Assembly: GCA_010909165.1 (NCBI GenBank)
Contig: MU008202.1
Coordinates: forward strand, 248,001-312,000
Length of the DNA: 64,000 nucleotides
Direction: 5' to 3'
From: Anthoceros angustus
Lineage: Eukaryota > Plantae > Anthocerotophyta
Part shown: positions 49,204-60,952 of the stretch, in pieces
Numbering within the stretch: position 1 is the stretch's first letter
Layout: each line of letters begins with the position of its first letter
Notes under the pieces: model-generated
Database searches by the model: none
Seen by the model: the letters and a program-made list of their open reading frames with translations, nothing else
What the model was told of the DNA's origin: nothing
Translations under genes and position numbers: made by a program

Positions 49204-52064
49204 TTACACAGCTACCGCCATCCCCTTCTTCACCATGCTGTCCAGCACATCATTCAGTGCTTGACAAATATTTACAATCTGCACCGGAATTACACACCCA
49301 CGTTCAGTCACGAATGCAACACACATCATACGCCCAAACCAGAACGGACTGAACCACCGTACCTGTTGGTCCCACTGTTGCAGTTCTTCAATGTCGTTTT
49401 CAAAATGGATAACTCCCTCCACCTGAAATGCATCACCGATATCCATCAATATGCATCACTCAAGAGAGGTTGCGCACTCGAGTCCAGGGACTTGATCAGT
49501 GCGTCTCGCACGACCGTCGCTTGCAACTTACTTCTAGTCTCTCTATCACTATTTCAGGCATTTGCTTTCTCATTTTGAGATGAACCCTCACCTGATCGAT
49601 GGAGCCTCTCATGCGATCCTCTGAAATCATGTTGGCAGCCATTTTTTCTGCCTGCACGAAGAAAACAAGCACTCAGTGTGTCTTGCTATGCAGATCGTAA
49701 TATGCAAAGGTCATCAAGAAAGCACACATGTTCATGCTGCCCCTGACACAATTGCACTAGTACCTACCTTTTGAGGGTCGATTCCTAACAAGGCTCCCAA
49801 CTCCTCGAAACTGCAAGTGCCATCAGGTAGGTCAAAGTCAAACCGGACCCATCGGCATCACAGCACTTCAGATAGTCACTAAACTCTCACCTAATGTTTG
49901 TGTACAGCTTGCTGGCACTCAGAAGATTGTGCTCGACCATAGCACGATCTAGCACAGTACTGTTATCTCCCAGTAGAGCTTTCTGGAAATCAGCATATTG
50001 GCCACTAAATTACTGCAACTGCCCAGGTCCAATCTGTTATGACTCGAATGAACACTAAACAAACTTGGATGCATGCATACCTGATGAGGCTTGAGATCAG
50101 CTGAGAATGCTTCCACTTCGGGTCTCCGTAAAATTCTTTCCAAAAACACCTGGTAATTGAAAGAACACGTTCAGTTCTCGGCTGTAGAAACCCCTATGCC
50201 ATTTCACATCACACGAGCAACAACTCCTCTGCCACCCCACACCTTCTGTAAAATGGGATAAATCTTCAATTTGGAGCATCTCTCGTCCTGCAACAAAGAA
50301 GACATGCAGTTAAGGATGTGGTCTCCACAGATGGCCAGTGCCAAGTTAGCACCCCTCACGACCTTCCTAGCCTTTTGCAGACCATAGTGACAGCCAATTA
50401 ACCTTGTATAGGGTTGCCAGCACTCGAGATCTCTGGGGTCCAGCAGCTGCTAGAATGGTGCACGTTACAGCAGCTGTAAGTGCTTGTTGTAGCTCATCTT
50501 CATCAACTTGCCTGAAAAACAAGGCAGAACTTCAGCATGTCCAGGTACTACACTCAACATCAGTGTCGCTGACAATGCAAAGCAACAGAAATCTAAATGA
50601 GTCACCAGATTAGCAGAAGGAGAGAACAACCTGCCACCTATTTCTCTTTTCTCCAGTTGTGAAAGCTCATAATATCGAAGAGCAGCTTCCAGGAACTTGC
50701 GTTTGGAATCCAGAATGCGTGCATAACAAACCTGGCATGAAAACCACAGTGAGATCCGAGGTGACACAGTTTGCAACCACTGCTCTTCATCTCGTAGATA
50801 CCTTGAATTGAAGAGTAAGAGCTTCATCTTTACAATTGTTCACCAAAAATGATGCCTTCTTGATGAACACCTCTGCTTTCACGGCATCATCATCCTGTTG
50901 CACCATGCAGGAGATCAGAGATGAGGAGCTAGGGCATGGGCCACAGTCACTGATAATCACTACAGGACAACTTGCAGATTGCAACAGAACATACCTCAAG
51001 ATACAACAGTGCAATCTTCACACACTTCTCAAGCTTGTAGGTGTCCTCAAGTATCCTGAAGATGAATAAAACAACATAAAAGCAAGGTAAAACACTGATA
51101 CTGAACCTCAGAGACTGAAAAATGTCAAGTTTGACTCAAATTAGAGGAGCGCAACTTCCCACAAGAGAGTTACTTTAAACTAACCGAATCCCGGAATCAA
51201 GGTCAATCCCACTCAGCATCTCCGCAGCCTTGGACCATTGCTCCTCGTTTTCGTACAGATCAGCCAATCCTTCTCGAATGACAGACACCTGCAAGGTGTC
51301 AAAGGAGCGTAAATTCCAGTTCCAGCAACTCAACAAAGGAGCTGAAACCCAGTTGCAACATGTGACCTCTCATAGCACCACCTCATGCTTGTACAGTGCA
51401 ACCCTTCTATTAGGTTTTTGGCTGTCACTAAACCTCCTAAAACACCCAGCTTTCTTGGTTACCCTTACCTACTAGCGATGCTTGATACTCACAGGACTAG
51501 TGACACAGCCCTTGCCTGAGTCACTATAATGACCTAAGAATAGTTTTTGACAGAAACCTGACCGGAAACGTCAGAGTGACCACCCCCACCAGCACGGCAG
51601 AAGTACCTGCTCCTCAAAAGAAATGACGCGAGGCTGCACTTGAGCCAATGCATACTGCGCTATCTCCTTGTGAGCCTCTGGCTCCAATTTGTTCAATTCC
51701 TGAGCAAATATTTGCAGCAACTGTCGAGAAGCTACCAAGGGAACCTCGTCCGTCACCACTGCAAATAAGCGAACAAGAATATTTGGACTGGTACCTCGTT
51801 CGTCTCTACCTTACAGAGAATAATTGGACCAGCAGCAATCAACACTCTTGCAGCTCCATGCAATCTGGAATCAATACAAGGTCACGGAAGCGGTTCTGAA
51901 GAGCGGAGAGAGATCATACTGTGGTCGATGAAGGCCTTGGCGTGCGCCACGTTATTCGTGGAGGTGATGGACGACAACAGCAGCTTGTACTGATCAATCT
52001 TGTGCTTCTGGTCACTGATGCTTGCTGCGCTGTGAAGCGCGGACTCGAATTCGGGAAACCCCAT
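49204..52064 (-). CDS. CSN4: COP9 signalosome subunit 4 (multi-exon)
   Basis: ATG at 52064 (ESALHSAASISDQKHKIDQYKLLLS). Exons read VPLVASRQLLQIFAQEL, DDDAVKAEVFIKKASFL, CYARILDSKRKFLEAALRYY, FLERILRRPEVEAFS and VIHFENDIEELQQWDQQ/IVNICQALNDVLDSMVKKGMAVAV-TAA. Confidence 0.96.
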
Positions 52065-52772
52065 CCTCCACCTGTCGTCGCTCGTTGAGATCGAGCTGCT
52101 TGGTGTGGTACTGGGCAGAAGTGCTCGCGAAACTGAAAAAGTTGTTTACGACGTATGTTTCGAAAGTTTATGCACTTGAGGTCCTAAACGCGTAAAAGTG
52201 ACGAAAGTTAGTGAGGTTATTTGCCTGCCTTAGTTCCGATGTTCACCTGCTACTGGTGAAGCTCTCGCAGTTGGGCTGGTGAGCGAGTGAGTGATGGTGA
52301 CGAACACAGACGAGATCGCAATAGCAGATGAAGAGGGTGTAGCTCTGTAGATGCACAGTCATGTGGAGTTGTGACCTTGGCTTGTGGCGGAATAGGAGTT
52401 TCTTGATATGGTCTTAGCTCTCTTCACAAGAGAGTGGAGTTATTCGTCATCAAGTTCTCCTGCGGGAATTTTGTAAAACTCAGTTGGCCAGGTTCCAGGG
52501 AATGGAAGGCAGTAGTAGTGTGGCTGGGGAACTGAAGATGGCAACGCACAAACGTATACATGGAATTAGGTTATGAGAACACGAGGCGCAAAACGACTGT
52601 CTGCGATGATTTGCTGGGCTGGCCTGCATTTGTGACACATCTGTGACATTTGCGGGTGCGGGGAAGTCAGAAGGCTGGTTAGGCATGCTTTGCGATCGAT
52701 TCCAGCAGCAATTGTGTGCTGGTGCGAGCTGTCTGTTGTGGAGCAGATTAGCGGTGGTTTGACTAGTTTCCG

Positions 52773-54836
52773 ATGCCTCGGGTAGCGGACTCGGCGTGGC
52801 AGCACTTCGATGAGGTTGGGCGCTACACGGAGGGCAGCGGGGTGAAGAAGGTGATTTGCAAGTTCTGCCATCTGCGCTTCTCTGCCACTTTGCAGAGAGC
52901 TCGTAGCCACCTTCTCGGGGGAGGAGGCCACGGGGTGAGGCCCTGTCCTGATTGTCCTGACAAGGTGCGAGAGACGATCAAAGCTGAAGAGCTTGCGAGG
53001 AGCCATGATGATGCGAACAAGAAAGAAGCAAAGAAGACTTGCAGGAGAGGGCCGAGCTCGATTGTGGTGGTGCCCAAGGAGGAGAACGTTCCCATCATGC
53101 CTTTGCTAGCAGCTCCCAAGAAAACCAGCTTAATGGAGGTTTGGGCTCCGGAGAGAACATTTCAATATGTAAGCACACCGAAGCAGGAGGATTTGGACAG
53201 GAAAATTGCAAGGTGGTTCTACGCCAATGGCTTACCCTTCGATGCAGCCAGTTCCCCGTATTTTGCAGAAGTCCTGGCTGCAATGTCTGCTCTGGGGAAC
53301 CCGAATTATAGGCCACCTAGCCCCAGCAAAATCCGGAAGGACTATCTACAGGATGAGATGGCAAGAATTGCGGTGGAGCAGAAAGCTGCTGCAGAGACTT
53401 GGGCTAGGTGGGGGTGTACTCTTGTAAGCTTTGGGTGGACAGATGTTGAGAAGAGTCCTTTGGTGAACGTGATGGTGAGCGGTTTGCATGGGACTACGTT
53501 TTGGAAAGCCATTGACACGTTGGGGGAGAACAAATCTGCCGAGTTTGTAGCTGAAAAACTCAAGAAGGTCATATACAAGCTGGGTCCCAGCCATGTCGTT
53601 CAGCTCATCACCGACTTTTCGCCGAGCTGCAAGCTTGCCGCTGCCGCCATTCATGAAGAGTTTCCTTCTATTTTCTGGACTCCATGCACTGCCCAGTGCT
53701 TAAATTTGCTGCTGGAGGATATTAGCAAGCTAGAATGGGTTCGGCAGATCCTTGGCCGGGCGCTGCAGATTGCCAAGTTCTTCTCAACTACTGGCTCTTT
53801 TCAATTAGATCTGTTTAGGAAATATTCTAAGCTGGAGTCTTTGCTACGGTGTGGGCATGTCGCAGAGTATGCCAAGGACTTCACGACACTGCAGATGCTG
53901 GCTGAAGTGAAGAATCCTCTCAGGCAAACTGTGGTCAGTGATGAGTGGGTGGCATGGCCAGAAGCCAGGTTAGGGCTGGGAAAGGACATCGAGCTGACAT
54001 TATTAGGGACTGAGCTGTGGGAGCAGGTTGAGCTTATTTTGAAGATAAGCAACCCACTTTTGGAGTTGCTGCGGATGTTGGAGTCAGATCCTCAACACTG
54101 CATGATTGGGAAGATATACAGAAGCATGGATTCCGCAATTGACAGGATTGTGTCTTCTCTGCGACAAACACCTACTGTGAATGATTGGAAGACAGCAGAG
54201 ATTAGAGATTTGTGCAAAGCTAGATGGAGTCAACTGCATGCGCCCCTGCATGCTGCAGCCTACTTTTTAGATCCAGAGTTTCAGGGTGTCATTGATCACG
54301 AAATGGAAGGTGGAGAACTCGCAACTGGTTGTTCAGAGGTGCTGGAGAAGATGATAAGCCCAGTGTTGAATAAGGAGGAGGAATTAAGGAAGCTCATGGA
54401 GCAGCTTAAGTACTATCATCAGAAAATGGGAAGTTTTGGGCTGGAAGAGGCCCAGTGGAATCGAACGAAGCTCACACCTCACAAGTGGTGGCAGGACTAT
54501 GGGACAGGAACACCAGAGCTAACTGTACTTGCTCTGCGGATCTTGGGGCAGCCAACTATTGCCTCGCCTTTTGAGCGAAACTGGAAATCCTATGATTATA
54601 TTTTGTCGAAGAAGAGAAGCAGGCCCAAAGACAACATAACCAAAGAGCTAGTTCTTGTTCACAGCAATCTGCGACTTCGGAGTAGGATGGAGTTAAATCA
54701 CCAGCGAGCTGAGTACACTGCCTGGGACTCTACACCAGAGTGTAATACTCTCGGTTTCCCATTCGATGAAATGGAATCCAGACATCTGCAAGATAACTCG
54801 GCAGTACCTCTTGTAGGCTCCGGGGTCCAGCACTAG
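52773..54836 (+). CDS. Intronless 687-aa hAT (BED finger, DUF659-type core, hAT dimerisation) transposase-derived protein, probably catalytically inactive
   Basis: BED finger W..F...CKFC...H...C. Core reads WFYANGLPF, GCTLVSFGWTD (consensus SDGWTD), VVQLITD, PCTAQCLNL (consensus CxxH), LHAAAYFLDP, WWQDYG..PEL..LALRIL and FERNW. The ORF is intact. Confidence 0.9.
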   Translation: MPRVADSAWQHFDEVGRYTEGSGVKKVICKFCHLRFSATLQRARSHLLGGGGHGVRPCPDCPDKVRETIKAEELARSHDDANKKEAKKTCRRGPSSIVVVPKEENVPIMPLLAAPKKTSLMEVWAPERTFQYVSTPKQEDLDRKIARWFYANGLPFDAASSPYFAEVLAAMSALGNPNYRPPSPSKIRKDYLQDEMARIAVEQKAAAETWARWGCTLVSFGWTDVEKSPLVNVMVSGLHGTTFWKAIDTLGENKSAEFVAEKLKKVIYKLGPSHVVQLITDFSPSCKLAAAAIHEEFPSIFWTPCTAQCLNLLLEDISKLEWVRQILGRALQIAKFFSTTGSFQLDLFRKYSKLESLLRCGHVAEYAKDFTTLQMLAEVKNPLRQTVVSDEWVAWPEARLGLGKDIELTLLGTELWEQVELILKISNPLLELLRMLESDPQHCMIGKIYRSMDSAIDRIVSSLRQTPTVNDWKTAEIRDLCKARWSQLHAPLHAAAYFLDPEFQGVIDHEMEGGELATGCSEVLEKMISPVLNKEEELRKLMEQLKYYHQKMGSFGLEEAQWNRTKLTPHKWWQDYGTGTPELTVLALRILGQPTIASPFERNWKSYDYILSKKRSRPKDNITKELVLVHSNLRLRSRMELNHQRAEYTAWDSTPECNTLGFPFDEMESRHLQDNSAVPLVGSGVQH

Positions 54837-56002
54837 GAGGTTTGACTGTGACAGGGCTCCCCTTTGGATTCATTCACTGCCCCACGAATTGGAATGCACT
54901 ACCCATATGTGCTTCCTCTACCGCCACAGGACATCAGCAATGGGGGGCGGAAGCCCTTAAGCTCGGTTTCCTTACAGAAAATCCATGCCGACAGGGAACG
55001 ACATACGAGTGGCTCTCGTGGGCAATTCAACTTGTACATTTAGTAAATTCGCGCAGATCAGCTTCGACTGGAGTTGGTTTGTGCCTAAAAAATTGAACTC
55101 GCCTGCAGCTCTCGTGGGCACGACTTCCTCACCGCATCTGCTGCGTTGTCCACTTGGACTCCTGTAGGTGTTAGGGGGCCGATTTGTAGTTGTAAACTAG
55201 GAAGTTCATCTTCGAGGAGATTAAATTTATTGTCCGCACTGCTTGTGAAAGAAAGCACCTAAATGGGACATCGTGGGAAATTCCAGCAAGAGCATCATCA
55301 ATATATCATTTGACATCCACGGGAAGGCATGACAGGACTCTTCCTAGATATTTGGTGTCCACCTAACAAACTACAATGATGATACTTACAATGGAAAGGA
55401 CTACTAACTATTACTGCAGATGTGGAGGACAGGAGGAGTCCTTCACAATCTGAAGTTCTGAACTAAGTAGCTTTCTGTTCGACTTGCAATCACAAATTCC
55501 AATCCACGCAGCTAAACACAACTCTCGCCCTACAAGATCCACACTACTCGGACGCACATGGATAACTTTCGACAAATCTTCATAAGCTGTAGAGCTGAGC
55601 CCAGGCAGTGAGCCCAGGCAGTGAGCCCAGCCCAGTCTCACTTCACACAGGTTCTCTGCTTCTCCACCATATGAGTCGCTTGCATGGGCAACCAAAACTT
55701 TCGCCACTGGCAGGTTTTCTCATGCATCACCCATGATTTCTCTTCCAGACATGTTGTAGCACATCGGATGACAATGGGGTGCAAGAGCACCAGCAGGCAG
55801 TCACAGATTCTCATACTGATGGGCAGCATAGGAGGCTGCTTTGCTCAGCAGCAGCAGCAGCAGCAGCAAGATCTTCAACTAATCAAAGTGTTGCGAGTCA
55901 AAGAGCCACCCTCAGTTCGTGAAAGGCATTGGGCAACTGGATGGCAGAAGAGAACCACTAGACACTGTTGGCAACGGCCTCACGACTGGGTTGGTTGCAC
56001 CT

Positions 56003-57670
56003 TCATTGTGTGGCGACCACTGTTTGTTGTGATCCGCCTGACACCATGCTCCCATTTTGGCCCCCATCCGGGTCACCCCCCGCAGTGAGTGGGTGAAAAG
56101 TAGAAGAATGATACATCTGGCTCTGATGGTGATTGAGATATCCACCTGCAGACAGACTCGATGTCATCCCAGCATGCCCACCGTTGGGGAGAATAGTATG
56201 GTATCCTCCACCTCCCATCTGAGCAAGAGCTTGGCTTGACAGAACAGCTGATTCCTGAGCTGAACTTGACAATCCCTGGCTTGAGGGGGAGGCCAGCGAG
56301 TCCCCACCAAGGTGGTGTCCATGAGAAGACTGTCCATCAGATGACCGATGATGGTCTCCATTTGCTTTCAATTCTTCCTTCGCCTTAGTGTTGAGAAAAC
56401 GGCCACCACATCCCCTCGCTCTTCTCAAGGCATGTTGGTGCCTTGACTCGTGAAGATAAGGCTGAAGAGGCAACTGAAGCCTTTTAGCCACATGGGAGGG
56501 CAAATGCAAACCGTGAAATTCTAGAGACCAAACTTAAGAGACCCCACATTTACTTGGCAAAACTTTCCGCACGGGAGGATGTCTTACCTTACGAGCTTTG
56601 ATTAGTTTGTTCTCAGATTCAGCCTTAGCCCGAGATTGCCGACGGCGAAGAATGCCATGATACTGCTTGGCATTGACATAGACAGGCTCTTCTTCCATCA
56701 TCTCTGATGGCAGAGGCATCCGTGCTTGTTGTATTCCAAGCACGTGAGGATGAATCTGCAAACAAACAAGAGGGCAGGGATTGAGCTACAAAACTCTAAA
56801 GTATCAAACTTTCACCACACCAAGGCACAAGATACGTAACCACATTGCAGAGACAGAATGCCTCACCACAGCCTGAGCCCCATATGTTGCAACAATTCCT
56901 CCAAAATATGGGTCAGCATAAGGATAAGCAGCAGCAGCTCGAGCCTGCAACCCCACAAGTCCCATCAGGCTGACACATTCACGCCAGTACACTAAAACGT
57001 AAAAATCCAACCAAACCAGCAAGATGTGAGACTCAAGGAGGGAAAAGAGGAACCAATGTATAGGAAAACCAACAGTTGAACCAATGCATAGGAAAACCAT
57101 ACCATGCCCAGCTCCAGCTGCGTGTGTGGAATAAGGTACTCCCCAGGAGGCGGGAGGACGGCTGGGGGGGCCTGCTGAGGCTGACCCTGTTGATCCTCAG
57201 TTCCACTACTTTCATAACCTGAACATAACCACAGGCACGCACACCCAACCGACGGGCACATTTCAGTATCACGCACCATCCACCTTGGGACCACCTGCAA
57301 TTCCTGACGTGAGCTCAACACCCCAAGCGAGCATTTGCTGCAGAGGGCCTGCATTTAGGTCCTCAGAAACGTAGCAGGAGACATGCAAGAAGAGCGTACC
57401 AGGCTGAGGAGGCATTGCGGGCAGCCTTGGCTGGCCAATAGGGTGGCCCTCCGCTGGAACCTGTCCAGGCTGACCCTCCGCCATGTGCATCATGTGAGGG
57501 AAGGGAGGCAGAACAGGGGGCCTCTCAGCAACGGCAACATTGCCCGGTTGCCCAAACAGCTGCTTGTCTACAGCAGCCTGTGACACCTGGGAAATGGGCG
57601 GCCCAACCCATGCTCCAGGCACCCCCCCTGACTCCGTGGCAGAGGGGTCCTGGCTTTCTCTGGCCTGCAT
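56003..57670 (-). CDS. NF-YA: Nuclear factor Y subunit A (CCAAT-binding, HAP2)
   Basis: Segments read [61 protein letters not shown] / [29 protein letters not shown] at 57670 and TGA at 56003. Confidence 0.95.
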
Positions 57671-60600
57671 CGTCGAAACTCGTGGAAACGCGACGTTCTT
57701 GCGGGCGTCACCTTCTCCTGAACATAAACTCGGAGCCTACAGATCTGAGCTCTCCCTAGCTACTGTTACACCAATGCCTGCGACTAACATGTGTATGTAC
57801 AGAGGGCCACATTCCTACCCTTCCCCGCTCTCCTCCCAGCACCGGCGCCGGCGCCCAAGCAGGCCCGCAAGCAGGCTAAACCCTCCCACAATGTATCCCT
57901 CCTCGCCTTCGCCCGGCCTCCCCGTCACCGCACTAAACCAGCACCGAGACGCAGACTCCCGACAAGCAACCGGCACATACCAGCCCCCGCAGGAAATCTC
58001 CTCCCTGCTCCACTTCCTCCACTTCCTTGGTCCTGCTATCCGCGTCCACAAATTGCTCCCTACCGTCCTTACGTTGATGTCCGAGTAAATGCGTGGCAAA
58101 CATCAGCTTCCCGCTGCGCATGACACAACCAATGCCGCCCGGGCTTCCCGACAACGCGCCCGCCCCTCACTCAAACCCGCCCACGAACGCCCCGCCCATG
58201 GCGTACAATCCAGCACCGCCAACCAACTCCCCTCCACCGTCGCCCCTTCAATGCATCCTCCACCTCCCTCCTCCTCCTCCTCCCCGGCTCCCGCACCAAC
58301 CCCAATTTCTAGGCTCCAGCCCCGGGCAACCGCCCCAAAAATCTGGCCACCGATAGCGGAACCCACAACCTTCCCGCCAATGCCAGGCCCCGGGAGAATG
58401 CGCAATTCGCCTCCCCCGGAATTGGGCTGCTCGCAATTGGTGGCCCCCTCAACCCCCGCCCTCGGCAGCCACAAAAGCTCCCAATTCCTTCCCCTCACGC
58501 CCTCCCCGCCGGGTGGAAATGCAACTCCCGCACCCTGGGAATCGAAACCCCAACAATGAGCTGGGCAGGGCAATGGGAGGGCGCGCCGTCTCCTCCTCCT
58601 CCTCCTCCCGACCTCCTGCTCCCTCCTCCGGCCGTCACCCCTCTGGCAGAAATTCTCAAGGTCGGGCTCCCGGCCGCAATCCTTCCGCAAATTGGGCTGC
58701 TAATGCGCGCTGCCTCCGAGCTCGGGCGTGGCGGGGAGCGGGACGCGCTGCTGGCACGCTGCCTCTCTCTGTGCCCCGCCAATGCTCCTCACAAGGGCAG
58801 ATGAGAGGCCGTCATCCTTCCTGCTGCCTTCCTTTCTCCCCTCCTGCGTGCCTCTGCCCTGCTGGCCCGTTTCACCCCCGCCCCCCAACCGGGGTGAAAC
58901 CCAATCCCAACCCCAACCCCAACCCCAACCCGGGGTGAAGCCCAGCCTAACCTAACCTGACCTGACCCGGGGACCAACCCAGGCGTAACCCTGCCCTAAT
59001 CACATAGCGGTGCGGCCAAATCGTAGGGCAGGGCTTTATCCTATCCGGCGGAAGCAAACGGCGAAGGCGCGTGCGCCGCGCTCCCCGGCTCCCCGGCGCC
59101 CCGGCGCAGGCGTCCTCGAAACGTGCCGCACCCGTTCCAAACGTGGCAGTGCGCCCCCGTTCGGCGGAACGGAACGGGGCGCGGCAGCGGGTGGGCTCGC
59201 CGCCAGACGCGGCGTCACGTGAAGTGACATCCTCACGCCCGAGACCCGCGCAGGCCCGCCCCCACTATCCCGCCACGTGGCGCGGCGGGGCCCGCCCCGC
59301 AACAGCTGGGCTCGTGACTCACCCCTGTTGACTTGCTAATTAATCAGGTTGCCCTAATCAGCCATTTCAGGCTGGCTAGCCATAGCTTCAAGCTGCATTG
59401 CCCGAATCTGGTCGTCAGGAGTCACGGCGGGCCCGCATGATAGCTTGTCATGCAGGCGCAGGCGTTTGATACAAAGATAGACAAAAAAGAAAATAAAGTG
59501 GAGGCCCTCGTGCTCCCATGGCCCACCACGGTCCCTCGCCCGCCCCTCGCACTTGCACATCATCATTTCATCACGAAACATGACTTGGTACACATCGTTC
59601 CTTCATTTTCTGTGCAATGTCATGTATTTCAAGGATGAAAATTTCATCCGATCCGATCCGTGGATTCTCAAAGCACTGGGGGGGGAGCGGGGTGTGTGAT
59701 AATGCATGCGGCGCGGCCTTGGCCTTGGCCGAGGGCGCCGAGCAGGTTGCGTGGCTGGCAGGCCGGGAGGCCCACCTCACCTCATCACCTGCCGCTTCCT
59801 GCCTGCTTCCAGGCTTTCCCAAAGTCCGATGCCGCCCAACTAACCCCCACAGCCCAGGGCATACGGGGGGATTCAAACTGGGGGGGAGAGGAGAGGGCAG
59901 AGAGCAGAGACCGGAGACCAGATAGCAGAGAGCAGAGAGCAGATAGGGAAGGCGTGCACTGCAAGTGCCGACTGGTGAGCACATGTTGCCTTGTTTTGTT
60001 GTGCTGTTTCCAGGAAGGAAGGAAGGGAGGGCAGGGAGGGCAGGGAGGGCAGGGAGGGCAGGGGAGGCAGGGAGGAAGGGAGGAAGGGAGGAAGGAGAGG
60101 GAGGAGGGTGGGAAGGGTGGGAAGGGAGGAAGGAATGGAAGCGTGGAAGCAGGCCAGGTCAGGTTGTACTGTACGGACAGCACCCAGGTGGGCTGGGGCC
60201 CAGGGCCAGGGCCGCCTTCATCGGCGATGTAGGAATTAGGCTGCTTTTTTGGGCGGGGAGGAGGGAGATTAGTGAGCGAGCCGTACATGTGAAAGAGGCA
60301 GCGAATGAGGCGGCGTCGCGTGTGGGGAGGGCGGGGCCTACCGGAAAGGAATCCGCCCGCCTGCCGAGGCGCAGAAGCAGAGGGAGAGGGAGAGGGGGGG
60401 AGGCGGAGGCAGAGGCAGAGGCGCGGCCCACCACGCCCGCTGCAAACGCCAAGTTACCGAGAGAAAGAAAGAAAGAAAAGAAAGAAAGAAGGGAAAGGAA
60501 AATGGGCATTTACTTATTGCCGCGTGCCCCTGCCGACGCCTCGCGATGGCAGCCTGGACGGAGGCGGTAACTTATCTTGGGCTCCCTCCCAATTCTTGTC

Positions 60601-60952
60601 CACTTTGCACTGTGCAGCCCAGGTCTCGCCTCCACCTTTCTGGCCCAGGGTTTATCTATGTCGGGGATGGGGATGGGGATGTGGAAGGGGAAGCGGAGGC
60701 TCAATTTTGATGCTTCACATGCTTGCTTCTATTCCTTCCCAAGTTCAATAAAGGAGGGGACATGTATTTCCTGTCCTTGTATTTCTCAAAAAAACCCATG
60801 GCTTATATTTGTTTTGGAATACTTATATTTCATTTTATTAAATATAAAATTGGAAAATTTTGCTCTAAACTAAATTTTTGTTTAAATATATACCTGTGGG
60901 GGGGGAATCATAGAGGGAGGGATGGATGGCCTACCAAACAGCTGCTACTTGC

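Noticed and set aside
55411-55707. 98-codon ORF downstream of NF-YA
   Set aside because: It has no ATG start or recognisable domain and lies in probable 3' UTR or intergenic DNA.
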